From an uncultured Candidatus Peribacteria bacterium (GTDB lineage Bacteria; Patescibacteriota; Gracilibacteria; UBA1369; GCA-2718715): a stretch of 64,000 nt of DNA. The notes below the pieces were generated by a model. That model saw nothing but the letters and a program-made list of their open reading frames with translations. It did no database searches and was not told the origin of the DNA. The translations under genes and the position numbers were made by a program. The DNA lies in assembly GCA_964451705.1 (NCBI GenBank), contig CAYVIV010000001.1, positions 62,807 to 126,806 on the forward strand, in the 5' to 3' direction. Below, one piece after another: positions 49,207 to 58,614 of the stretch. Each line of letters opens with the position of its first letter. Within the stretch, counting starts at the first letter, position 1.

Positions 49207-49236
49207 GGGCGGCGCGCCGCGCAGGCGCGCCCGCCC
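49207..49236 (-). other. Near-pure G+C hairpin (12 bp, one bulge), possible terminator or RNA-stabilising stem
   Basis: The sequence is GGGCGGCGCGCC-GCGCA-GGCGCG(C)CCGCCC. It begins 4 nt after the stop of the 1257-aa ORF. There is no U-tract on either strand. Confidence 0.4.
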
Positions 49237-49240
49237 AAAC

Positions 49241-52200
49241 TTAAAACTCTCTATATGCTGGTGTGTATTGTGGTAGGTTGTAGCCAGTTGTGTAGTTGTA
49301 GTTTTGATAGACGCGGTTTTGTGTGTTTTGAGTTTGGAATAAGTATGGATTGCGTGCTGCTCTAATTAGTCTAGCTGTCATTGCTACTAGGTCTCCTATA
49401 GTGGCATTAGCTTCTGGATTTATTGTTAGGCTGAGTTCTTGGAACTTTTCTTGTATTGCTCTAACTCTGCTAGAAACTGCCTCTTGAGTACTTAGGTCTG
49501 CTTGTGGTTCTAAAAGTTTTGCAGCGATTAGTAATGTTTGTGCTGCTTGTATTTGTCTTAGTGGCTGGTAGGCATTTAGATTACCGTTGGCATCTGGAGA
49601 AATAACTCCAAATTTTAGGAGCGAGTATGCAGGTACCAACCACCAGTGGTTATTTGCATTTGCTATAACTTCTGCATCTATATCATTTATATAGGCAATT
49701 AGCTCATCTGCGTTGGGTTCAAATAGCGGTAATTTTTGAGTTACCTCAAGTAGTTTTTCTGTAAAGCTAAATAAATGCGCATTGGTAGCAGCTTTGTCGT
49801 AGTTAGAAACCTGTTTGGCATTTGCAAACTGTCCTTTGTAGACTCCAAGTTCATGCAGGTAGACTAGGTCGTTGCAAATTGGATTGTTCATATTCATATC
49901 AGTATACAAGACCATACATTTTGGATTGGGTGGTGGTGTGTTTTGATGTTTGTTTTTAAAGAATTTAGCAAATGGTCCACCTGTGCCTTGGCCAGAATAA
50001 TATGGGAAGCCCATACCAAGCGAGCTGCCTTGCATGTAGATTTTTGGCTGAGCTCTAAAGGCTTTTTCTATAATCTCTACATATTTAATGATTTTGCCTT
50101 CTGGGCTTAGGTTAATGCCAACAATTTTTAGATTGTAGGTGCCTGGTGTTTGGATCTTGGATGTATTGTAATTTTCTATCATTACTAGGTCTGGTCCTTG
50201 TAGTTCTGCTTCTCTTGTAAAGCGATTACACGCTTTGCGGACAAAGTTTTTACTGACTGTTCTCACGAAATCCTGTGAGCAATATGTGTAGAGGGCACCT
50301 TTTTGTCCTCTGGTATTTCTATCGGAGCTATGACCTTGGTATGAGAGTTGTAAGAGGCCTAGATTCATGAAATTTGGGACTTCTATATCAAAGTTTATGT
50401 TGTCGCCTATTTCGAACTCGGGAGTTATTTCTGCGTCAAGCTTGTCTGAACCTGTAGTAATTCCATCTTCATTTCGGTCGCTAGGGTCGATAATATCTAT
50501 AAAGGAACTAGTACGGAAAATGTCTGGATTGGTCTCAGATAATGAATTACGGTCTACTAACAGGATACTAGGTTGGCTGTTTGTTTCGTCTGGCACAAGA
50601 ATTCCAGTTGCCTTAAGGACTGTGCCTGTGTTTGTGTTAGTTCTAATTAGACGCCGGCCAAGATGTGGCTCGGTGCCTTCTATGAATATCAGAATTTCTC
50701 TATTAATAAGTTGATCAGATAATATTGATGTTTCACAGCTAATTTTACTACCTGCGACTGCAGTGTTGTTATTAGAACACTTGAAAATGTTATTTTTTAG
50801 TTTTTCTGCTCGTAGTTCTTTATCTGCTTTGATTTCTATTGTTCTACTTTCGTGTTGGCTTATACTAGAGTTATCACTGAGAATTTTAAAGGTATAAAAG
50901 CCTGGGCTAAAAGTGTTTTCTATATCAAAGCTATTAAGATTGAGGCTTAAGTCATTCTGACTTATTGTCTTACATGGTGTGATAATGTTTAGCTTTTGTT
51001 GAGTCTCAATGTTTGAAATTTGAACTTGATACTTATCTACAGCTTCCAAGCATATAAAACTACCTTGAATTAGGTCGGTATTGCCTCCTTCTACTAATAA
51101 ATCTTGTTTGGCAATTTCTAATAAGACGTCTGTTTCTAGTTCTAGTTCATTTTCAGCATTTAGGATATTTAGTTTGATAGCACTGCAACTACTGTTATGG
51201 CAAGCAAGCATGTCACCTAGGTTGAGTGTGGCAGTTTCCTGGGTGTCATCGACTTGTACAGAGCTAGGCCGGGTTATGATTTCATCGTTTAAGGTGAAAA
51301 TATATTTATTGGCCTGTTCTGGGAGATTTTCACCAGTGATTTCTAGACTAACATTGTCAGCAGATAGCAGACTTACTAGTTGGGCATCTACCTGTATATC
51401 ACTGTCTGATTCATCGTCGCTATCGCCACCGTCGTCGTCGCCGTCACTGACTACATTTCTGATTTCGAATGTTTTGTTAGTTTCGAGTTTTTGTGTTTCA
51501 AAGACTATGATACTTGCATCATATGTGCCATTTTCTAGGTTTGCAGTATTATTATTGGCTTCGAATAAAAGGCTACCTGGTGTTACAGCAATTAGATCTA
51601 CTATAATTTTTTTATTGGAACCTGCTTTGCTTAATTCCAGTTTAATAGTTTCTTGCCTGAGCTCTAGGTTTTCTGGGAGATTGTTTATAAATTCTGCATT
51701 AGCTGATAATTCAAATAATACTGTATTGTTATCCCTTGCTCTTACTGTATCTTGGCTTGCTGCCTGGGCACTTAGTGCCGCCTGGGCAGCTTGTAGTCTG
51801 TCTTTTACATGTATTATGAGAATTTTGCTTCTGTTTTTATTACCAGCAGGCCCATCGGCAAAGTTTGATTCACCAGGTGGCACCTGACTTTCAATTTCGA
51901 TTGCAAGTAAATAATCTTTTCTAAAGTCTAGCTCAACATTTTGCAGGCTGGTAATATCAACAATTTGTTTGCTAAATGTTCTCACATTTTTGCTAGCTGT
52001 TTTATGAATAACATTGATATCTGTGTCAGTAGCGGCTGCAGCATCCCCTGCTGCCGCACCAGCTGCTGCTGCTTGAAATCGTATATTAAGCTGAGTACCA
52101 GATTGCTGGCTACTAAAATCTATTGCTTCAAGAAGGTTTTTTGCTAATAAGGCTGTGATTGTTTGTGGGTCTACTTCTAAAAGTATTGATTGGTAATTAT

Positions 52201-53014
52201 AATTAGACTGATTACTTTGAATTAAAAGATTAGTTTGAGAAATATCAAATAAGCTTACTTTGCTGCCAATATCACTGTTTACAAAGTTAATATCTGCAGC
52301 ATCTACAGCGCCAGCTGGTAGGCTGAGATCTTGCTGACTTATAAAGCTATTGTTGTTAGCGGTTATAGTATTGAGCTCCTTGTAATTTAGGCTAAAGTAC
52401 AGGTCTTCTTTTGTACTTTCTAGGTCATTGATTAAATTGGCATTTCTGCTAGGTTCATTATCATCACCACTACAAGCAGATTCAATTGCAGCATTGTATA
52501 TTAAACTAAGTTTTTGAATATCTTCATAGACAATAAAACCTGCTCCTTGTTGAATGGTTTCTAGTTCAAAATCATCGTGTAATAAAGGACTAACTATCTC
52601 CCGGGTAATAACTTCCGTTATTGGATTACCATCTTCATCATTCTCTCCTGTATCTACTAGTTCATCGATAGATATGGTAGTGGTTTGGTTGTTGTATAAG
52701 TCTACAATTTGAAAGAACTTGTCAATTGCATTGCTGTCAGTGTTGTTGGAGAGTAAGGTGTTAATGACCTCTTTTTGTTTATTGAGATCACCTGCAGAAT
52801 TTGTAGCTACTGCCATCGGGTTTGGGCAGGTATCAAACTTTGATTCAAAAGCAGTTGTACTTACAAGCCGCTCTGTAAATGCCTGTTGATCTGGCACACT
52901 AAGAAAGCCTTTGAGCAAATTACTTTCTATGTTTTTGTTTAGGCTTATACTACTAATAAAAATTGCAAATACTGCAACTATGGCTAGGATTGAATATTTT
53001 CGCTGTTTAGTCAT
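49241..53014 (-). CDS. Giant (1257 aa) N-terminally anchored surface protein with SLH-like C-terminus, paralog of 53273-58459
   Basis: It has an N-terminal anchor (ILAIVAVFAIFISSISL), an acidic tract (SDGDDDGGDSDDESDSD), Ig-like modules and a C-terminal SLH-like block (CNDLVYLHELGVYKGQ...NHWWLVPAYSLLKFGVIS...). Segments are colinear with the 1728-aa protein. Confidence 0.75.
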   Translation of the reverse strand: MTKQRKYSILAIVAVFAIFISSISLNKNIESNLLKGFLSVPDQQAFTERLVSTTAFESKFDTCPNPMAVATNSAGDLNKQKEVINTLLSNNTDSNAIDKFFQIVDLYNNQTTTISIDELVDTGENDEDGNPITEVITREIVSPLLHDDFELETIQQGAGFIVYEDIQKLSLIYNAAIESACSGDDNEPSRNANLINDLESTKEDLYFSLNYKELNTITANNNSFISQQDLSLPAGAVDAADINFVNSDIGSKVSLFDISQTNLLIQSNQSNYNYQSILLEVDPQTITALLAKNLLEAIDFSSQQSGTQLNIRFQAAAAGAAAGDAAAATDTDINVIHKTASKNVRTFSKQIVDITSLQNVELDFRKDYLLAIEIESQVPPGESNFADGPAGNKNRSKILIIHVKDRLQAAQAALSAQAASQDTVRARDNNTVLFELSANAEFINNLPENLELRQETIKLELSKAGSNKKIIVDLIAVTPGSLLFEANNNTANLENGTYDASIIVFETQKLETNKTFEIRNVVSDGDDDGGDSDDESDSDIQVDAQLVSLLSADNVSLEITGENLPEQANKYIFTLNDEIITRPSSVQVDDTQETATLNLGDMLACHNSSCSAIKLNILNAENELELETDVLLEIAKQDLLVEGGNTDLIQGSFICLEAVDKYQVQISNIETQQKLNIITPCKTISQNDLSLNLNSFDIENTFSPGFYTFKILSDNSSISQHESRTIEIKADKELRAEKLKNNIFKCSNNNTAVAGSKISCETSILSDQLINREILIFIEGTEPHLGRRLIRTNTNTGTVLKATGILVPDETNSQPSILLVDRNSLSETNPDIFRTSSFIDIIDPSDRNEDGITTGSDKLDAEITPEFEIGDNINFDIEVPNFMNLGLLQLSYQGHSSDRNTRGQKGALYTYCSQDFVRTVSKNFVRKACNRFTREAELQGPDLVMIENYNTSKIQTPGTYNLKIVGINLSPEGKIIKYVEIIEKAFRAQPKIYMQGSSLGMGFPYYSGQGTGGPFAKFFKNKHQNTPPPNPKCMVLYTDMNMNNPICNDLVYLHELGVYKGQFANAKQVSNYDKAATNAHLFSFTEKLLEVTQKLPLFEPNADELIAYINDIDAEVIANANNHWWLVPAYSLLKFGVISPDANGNLNAYQPLRQIQAAQTLLIAAKLLEPQADLSTQEAVSSRVRAIQEKFQELSLTINPEANATIGDLVAMTARLIRAARNPYLFQTQNTQNRVYQNYNYTTGYNLPQYTPAYREF

Positions 53015-53190
53015 TGTTTTTGGCTAATTTAACTTTATACTATATCATTTTTTCATGAAGATAAAAAGCTTTGCTTTGCAAAATCGCTAAAAACTTGTCT
53101 GCCTTTTTTTACTGTTTTTTTTGAAGCTTTTGGATCTGATTACTATACTGGAATAATGTTTCTGTTGTTTGGTAGTTTATGCTTTTAGGA

Positions 53191-53226
53191 TTCAAAAAGC
53201 TCCCAGGTTTTTATGCTGGGAGCTTT
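53191..53226 (-). terminator. Rho-independent terminator after the 1728-aa gene
   Basis: The minus strand reads AAAGCTCCCAG-CATAAAAAC-CTGGGAGCTTT followed by TTGAA. It lies 47 nt after the stop. Confidence 0.6.
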
Positions 53227-53272
53227 GAAGTTTTTGGTTTATATTTTTAGGCTTACCGTCAGGTTTTGCCTA

Positions 53273-56200
53273 TTAATACGCCGGGTAATACCCGCTATAT
53301 TGTGTGTGGGCTGTACTGTACATTTGACCTTGAGGGTACATTTGTTGGTTTAGGCCACGAGCTGCATAGGATTGTTGTCCCATGTATGGATTGTTTGCTG
53401 CATACAAGCTTGGGTTTTCCATAATTTGCATGCTTCTAGATAATAGTAGGATTATGTCTCCCATATTAGCTGGAGCTGTTGGGTTAATGTTAAGTCCATA
53501 CATAATGTATTGAGCTACAACATCTGCATACCATGGATTGTTTGCCGCGAGTTGTTGTGGAATTAGTCCTGTTGCCATACCAATTAGCTTGGCTGCCTCC
53601 GCCTGTGTTACTGGGGCAAATGGATTAGCATTGTATTGTGCGTCTCCTTGAATGTATCTGTAACCAGTTAAACTGTATAAAGGAGTTAGCCACCATTGAT
53701 TGGATGGATTAGAGACTATGTTTTGATTTATGTCTGAATAGTATCCAATTAGTGCACCATGGTTAACTTGGACTGGTGGAAGATTTTGGGTGGTTTGTAG
53801 TAATTGGTAAACCAAAGAGAATAAATGTGCTCTTACTGCTTGTTGGTAAGCTCCAGAGACAACGTTATTGCCCATTTGGACACCTCGGTAAAGATTTCTT
53901 TCGTAAAGGTACATAATGTCTGCACAGAGCTCTTGTCTTCCTGCTAGGTCTGCAAAGACTGTCGAACATTGTTGTGTGTTAACTTGTACAACTGGACTCA
54001 TTGGGTTAAAGCCCATAAGTGTTCCATAGCCTACTGCATGACCACCGTAGTTATTGTTTTCTAGTTCAAAGGCATTTTCTATAACGATTTCACCAATTTG
54101 TAGTTGTACACCGTGAGCGTCTGCATATGCTGTGTTTGAGTCAATCTCAGCTAATTCTCCTGAAACTGAGTTGGCATCGTAGATTAGATCTATAATAATG
54201 TCATAATCTCCCTCTACTTCTATGCCTGAAGTATCAAAATCTTCAACTTCTAGGCTGTCTGGACCTTGTAGCAGACTTCTTTGGTAGTGATCTTCACAAT
54301 ATCGGTCCATTCTGTTTTGAGCTCTACGACCTTCGAGGAATTCGGTTAAGTCATCTTGGCAATATATATACATAGACCTCTTATTCTCTCTTCTAGTGTC
54401 TCTATCATCTTGATTGCCGGCATAGGATACTTGTAGGAAGTAAATATCTATTTCCTCATCTATATTAATGTCGAAATCAATTAGCTCTCCAGACTCTATA
54501 GTGTTGCCAATGCTTACATCTACATAGTCTTCTATAGTATCATTTCCACCTCTAGTTTGAGTATCTGTTCCGCTGTTAGATGTTTTCACTAGTACTGTCG
54601 ATGCGGTTTGAACCTCCTGATAACCGTTGCTAGTTGGAATCAAGACTACTATATGTTTGGTTGTTTGCTCTGTTGCCGTAGGAATCACTAGACTATTGGC
54701 AGAGTAGCCATTGTTGATTACAGATAGTGGTACAGCTTGATCGTTAGTAGTACCCTCTATTTTTATTTTGTAGTTGGCACCAATTGTTGCATTTGGGAAT
54801 GGGTTAGTTGTGTTACAGGCTGTTGTTGCACCTGTGATGACAACATTTTTGTCTCCAGCAATTGTGTGACCATCTTGATTTTTATAATCAGGATATGTTC
54901 GTCCACAACTAAATGGTAGAAGTGCTACCTGGCTTGCTGATAGTAAATATGTGTTAGATGTACTGAAATTAATGCTTGTGTACTGATTAATAATTTCTTG
55001 TCCATCTACTATCATACTTACATCTACATTGTAGCCAGTAGATTTTTCTAGACTGTCGATATTATTAATGCTTGCAGAGTCACCTGTACAAGCTTTTTGG
55101 TAGGAATTGCTTTCTCCTGTAGCTTGATTGGTAACTGTTACTTCATATAGGGTGCTAATACCTGCAAGGCATTCAAATTCTACTGTAGGATTTTCTTCAT
55201 TAATTACAGATGCGTTAAGTGGGCTGCTAATAGCAAGTTTGTTGACGTTCAAAATTACTCCAGTTAGCTCATTTTTGTAAGCTAATTTGTAAGGAGGGCA
55301 ACTGCTATTTTCTAGGCAAGGTAGCAAATGATTGCTCTTTGAGTTAAATATGAGCGTAAGATCCCCATCTGTTGTTAGTGTGGCCGAGTTGGCAGTTGCA
55401 TGTACTACTAGGCTTCCTGCCTCTCCTGTAACAATTTTGTAGTCTGAGGCAGTGGTTGTTAGGTTCGTGCCTGTTAGTTGAATACTGTAGTTTTTTGGAT
55501 TAATTGTAACTGCTTGACTATCTATGGATGTTTCTTGATTTTCAAGAGCTCCATCTGCATCGGCATCGGCATCTTCATCTGCTTCGATTATTGTGATGGT
55601 TGTGTTTGTGTTTTCAAACTGATCATCATAAATTGAAATACATATATTGTACTCTCCAGGCTCTAGACCACCTGGTACTGGATTAGTTGTGGTTATACTA
55701 CCATTTTCGTTAATAGTAACAACTGCTCCTAGTATTGTCAGTTCATTGTCATCATCTGTGACTGCACAAGTTTTCCCATTGTCAGACGGTTTGAGACCAT
55801 ACTGATAAGCCTCTGTAACATCTCTTGCTGGCAGAGTTAGGTCACCCTGTTGTGGCTGTTGTGGAATTGTGGTGATTATTATATTTTCGTTTGGAGTATA
55901 ATTATCTTTATCCCCATCTGTAACTGAAGCATCTACTAGTGCTTCAGTTGTATCAATGTTGTCGCGGAAAATATAGATGAATACTTTTTGTTCTAAATGT
56001 TTGTTTTTTGAATTCTCTATATAGTTATGTTCGAAATCATCAGTTTGGTCTGAAGCAACTCGAACTAGTAGGACCTGAGGTTGATTTGGATTAATTCTTA
56101 AATCAGTGTTAACATTGCCCCTAAAATTTCTTGCGTCAGCGTTTAACTCAGCTAGATTTATAGTAGAACTAAAGTTATGGTCTTGAATCTCAGTGTGGTA

Positions 56201-58459
56201 TTTGGTGACTAGGTTAGCACCTATGCTAAGTGCCTGTGTACTTCCACCTGCGCTAACTGCATTGCTACCACTGGTTCCTAGGATGCCTGGAGTTAGGTTA
56301 GATAGTGATTTGATAAAGTTTGTATCTAGTGGCACTGCTGGTATTAAGTCATTAGTTGATTCTACTTGTATAAGTGCTAAATCTACTATGCCATCTTTAA
56401 TGTCAGATTTTATAACAAGTTGCTCGGGGAAAGCGCCATTTATCTCGCTGCCTGCTCGAAAGTCTATTGCTAGGCTTGGCTCGCTATTTACAATTTGGAA
56501 ATCTTGGTGTAAGCGTAGTTTAATACCCTCTTTAACTCTATTTATTTCTTGGTATGTTCTGGCTATAAGGCTTTCTGCGTGCCTTTCTGGTGCACCATCT
56601 TCAGAGGCTACCAATAAAGCATCTAGCAGGCCAACATATTCCTCTAGAGAGGCTTTAATAGAGTCCATGGCATCTGCGTCTACTGCTTGAATATTGGGAT
56701 GACCTAGTTCTCCTGGGATGTTTGTGGTGTTATCAATGTGAGTGTTAAAAGTTGCTCCACCACCACCTAGTATATTATCTGCGACTGTGTTCCTTTTTGT
56801 TGTTGCTTCACCAGAAACAGCAGCACGTTGTGCTTCGGCCTTTTGTGTGAATACAGCTCCTGCTGCCCTAGCTGTGAAAGTTTGCTCTTTGGCTGTTAAA
56901 GTAAATTTTATAATTTCTGCAAGGCTGTTTAATTGCTCTTTTCCGGTATCGAGGATTGGTGTTAGGCCATCTACAATTTCGTTTTGGTTTTCAAGGATGG
57001 CTAAGTACTCAATTTGGGCTGTTGCCAGGGTTGTAAATGTTGCATCGTCACCATTGATTACAGCTGCTTTTGCTTCTGTAACAGCAGCTAGGGCTGCCCC
57101 TGCATCTATTCCAAGAGCTAGACGCTGCGGGTCGGATACTGGTGGTGCTGGTGGTGCTGCTACTTCATCATCATGTAGTGTACCGTACCTAATGGCCAGT
57201 TGACCAACGTAGGCAGTAGTGTTGGCCTCTGTTATGCCTGGTGTTGCTAGGCTAAAACCAAGAATAGCTTCGATAGCCACATTAGCACCATCTGTGAGGA
57301 TGTTGGCTGTTTCGCTGTCTTCGACTGCTGTGATAGCTTGTGTAAGTTGAGGGGCTGGGTCTGTTGCTAGATCAGCTGTCGCAGCTATGTTATTAGTTAG
57401 TTTAGTACCGCCTTTTAACTCACTTCCTTGTACAAGGTCTGAGTCTACATAGTCAGTAAGTTCTTCAATAGCATCTCGATATTCGCTAATTTCGGTGTTT
57501 ACGGCCGCAAGTATATCATCTTGAGTTTCACCTTGGGTAAAGTCAAGAGCGTCTGTGGCCGCTCCTCGACCTGCTGGGTTCAAGTCTGTACTGATTGCAT
57601 CAAAGTTAGTTTGGTCGTCACTGTTACCAAGGAAGATTGTGGGCTCGATCTGACCTGATAAATCTAGGCTAGAGGCAATTATATTTTTGTTACTAGTCAG
57701 GTTGTTTAGACTTGCTGTTGAGGATAGATTGCTGTTTGTGACTATATGTTCTTGTGTTTCATATCGGGTTTCGAATAGTTTTACTAGGTCGTTTGTGCTA
57801 ACTAGTGTTGGTGTACCGTCTACATCGTGCCAATACGCTGGAATGCTGTCTATACTAGCACTGCAACCTGTTTGATAGGCAAAATGATTGATTAATATCA
57901 CTTTTTGGATATCTTCGTAGCTTATAAAAGGAGTGACCGCTGCGTCTCCACTTGTTAGATCTAAGCCTAAATTGCCCTCAATTAACGCTGACCGGTTGTC
58001 ACTTGTAATAGTTTCGTAGAAATTTTTGATTGCTAGAAAATTTGCAATCTCATCTGGATCTGTTCTATCTGCTAATAAAGCAATTAGTGTATCGTATTGG
58101 TCTTCTAAGTTTCCGCTTTCAAAGCCATTGCTTTCCCTACAATCGTTTTGGTTATCAAAGAGAGGATTGTCTAATTCATCTGGTGCTTCTCCTCTAAAGA
58201 ATAGAGCAAAGTTGCCTCCTTCGGCACCAGCTTTAAGTTCCATCGAGTCGACCTCGAAACGCTCCTCGCCAATGCTTGTTCTTATGTAGTCTTCAGCGTT
58301 ACTAAAGTCTTGTGTTCCATCGGCAGCTGGTGCTGTGACATCAAAGGTTAGGTAGCCTTTGAACATGTCTCCTGTGTTTGTGTATAGCCCGATAATTATA
58401 GCTATTGGTACCACAATGGCCCCAAGTATACCGAGCAATCTACGATTATTTGATTGCAT
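53273..58459 (-). CDS. Giant (1728 aa) N-terminally anchored surface protein with SLH-like C-terminus
   Basis: It has an N-terminal anchor (LLGILGAIVVPIAIIIGL), an Ala-rich helical region, an acidic tract (EADEDADADADG), Ig-like modules (PGGLEPGEYNICISIYDD) and an SLH-like C-terminus (CADIMYLYERNLYRGVQ...NQWWLTPLYSL...VTQAEAAKLIG). The tail is rich in Q, Y, P and M. Confidence 0.75.
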   Translation of the reverse strand: MQSNNRRLLGILGAIVVPIAIIIGLYTNTGDMFKGYLTFDVTAPAADGTQDFSNAEDYIRTSIGEERFEVDSMELKAGAEGGNFALFFRGEAPDELDNPLFDNQNDCRESNGFESGNLEDQYDTLIALLADRTDPDEIANFLAIKNFYETITSDNRSALIEGNLGLDLTSGDAAVTPFISYEDIQKVILINHFAYQTGCSASIDSIPAYWHDVDGTPTLVSTNDLVKLFETRYETQEHIVTNSNLSSTASLNNLTSNKNIIASSLDLSGQIEPTIFLGNSDDQTNFDAISTDLNPAGRGAATDALDFTQGETQDDILAAVNTEISEYRDAIEELTDYVDSDLVQGSELKGGTKLTNNIAATADLATDPAPQLTQAITAVEDSETANILTDGANVAIEAILGFSLATPGITEANTTAYVGQLAIRYGTLHDDEVAAPPAPPVSDPQRLALGIDAGAALAAVTEAKAAVINGDDATFTTLATAQIEYLAILENQNEIVDGLTPILDTGKEQLNSLAEIIKFTLTAKEQTFTARAAGAVFTQKAEAQRAAVSGEATTKRNTVADNILGGGGATFNTHIDNTTNIPGELGHPNIQAVDADAMDSIKASLEEYVGLLDALLVASEDGAPERHAESLIARTYQEINRVKEGIKLRLHQDFQIVNSEPSLAIDFRAGSEINGAFPEQLVIKSDIKDGIVDLALIQVESTNDLIPAVPLDTNFIKSLSNLTPGILGTSGSNAVSAGGSTQALSIGANLVTKYHTEIQDHNFSSTINLAELNADARNFRGNVNTDLRINPNQPQVLLVRVASDQTDDFEHNYIENSKNKHLEQKVFIYIFRDNIDTTEALVDASVTDGDKDNYTPNENIIITTIPQQPQQGDLTLPARDVTEAYQYGLKPSDNGKTCAVTDDDNELTILGAVVTINENGSITTTNPVPGGLEPGEYNICISIYDDQFENTNTTITIIEADEDADADADGALENQETSIDSQAVTINPKNYSIQLTGTNLTTTASDYKIVTGEAGSLVVHATANSATLTTDGDLTLIFNSKSNHLLPCLENSSCPPYKLAYKNELTGVILNVNKLAISSPLNASVINEENPTVEFECLAGISTLYEVTVTNQATGESNSYQKACTGDSASINNIDSLEKSTGYNVDVSMIVDGQEIINQYTSINFSTSNTYLLSASQVALLPFSCGRTYPDYKNQDGHTIAGDKNVVITGATTACNTTNPFPNATIGANYKIKIEGTTNDQAVPLSVINNGYSANSLVIPTATEQTTKHIVVLIPTSNGYQEVQTASTVLVKTSNSGTDTQTRGGNDTIEDYVDVSIGNTIESGELIDFDINIDEEIDIYFLQVSYAGNQDDRDTRRENKRSMYIYCQDDLTEFLEGRRAQNRMDRYCEDHYQRSLLQGPDSLEVEDFDTSGIEVEGDYDIIIDLIYDANSVSGELAEIDSNTAYADAHGVQLQIGEIVIENAFELENNNYGGHAVGYGTLMGFNPMSPVVQVNTQQCSTVFADLAGRQELCADIMYLYERNLYRGVQMGNNVVSGAYQQAVRAHLFSLVYQLLQTTQNLPPVQVNHGALIGYYSDINQNIVSNPSNQWWLTPLYSLTGYRYIQGDAQYNANPFAPVTQAEAAKLIGMATGLIPQQLAANNPWYADVVAQYIMYGLNINPTAPANMGDIILLLSRSMQIMENPSLYAANNPYMGQQSYAARGLNQQMYPQGQMYSTAHTQYSGYYPAY

Positions 58460-58529
58460 GTTGCATGGTTAAATTTTATATATTTTAATAGGTATAGCGC
58501 AAAAATGCGATTACCCAAATAATAGCTAG

Positions 58530-58550
58530 GCATAGACATATAGTCTATGC
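58530..58550. promoter_or_regulatory. Perfect palindrome GCATAGAC-ATATA-GTCTATGC upstream of the 1728-aa gene
   Basis: It has 8-bp perfect arms and a 5-nt spacer. It lies 71 nt upstream of the start at 58459 and directly downstream of the preceding terminator. Confidence 0.3.
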
Positions 58551-58554
58551 TTTT

Positions 58555-58586
58555 TGCAAAAAACCGCTTTACAAAAAGCGGTTTGC
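58555..58586 (-). terminator. Rho-independent terminator after the 374-aa SLH gene
   Basis: The minus strand reads AAACCGCTTT-TTGT-AAAGCGGTTT followed by TTTGC. It starts about 30 nt after the stop at 58615. Confidence 0.6.
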
Positions 58587-58614
58587 AGCTTTGGCAATTG
58601 CTGGATTAATGTTT

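Noticed and set aside
49207-49236. The GC hairpin as a canonical intrinsic terminator
   Set aside because: No U-tract follows the stem on either strand, unlike the three clear terminators in this window. It is therefore reported as an unexplained structure rather than called a terminator.
51081-51887. A 268-aa plus-strand ORF, plus similar ORFs at 50367-50714, 56193-56690, 56742-57203, 20136-20513, 21306-21731 and 28549-29118
   Set aside because: All lie fully inside, and antisense to, long well-supported minus-strand genes. They translate to Ser/Leu/Cys-rich low-complexity sequence without motifs. These are shadow ORFs.
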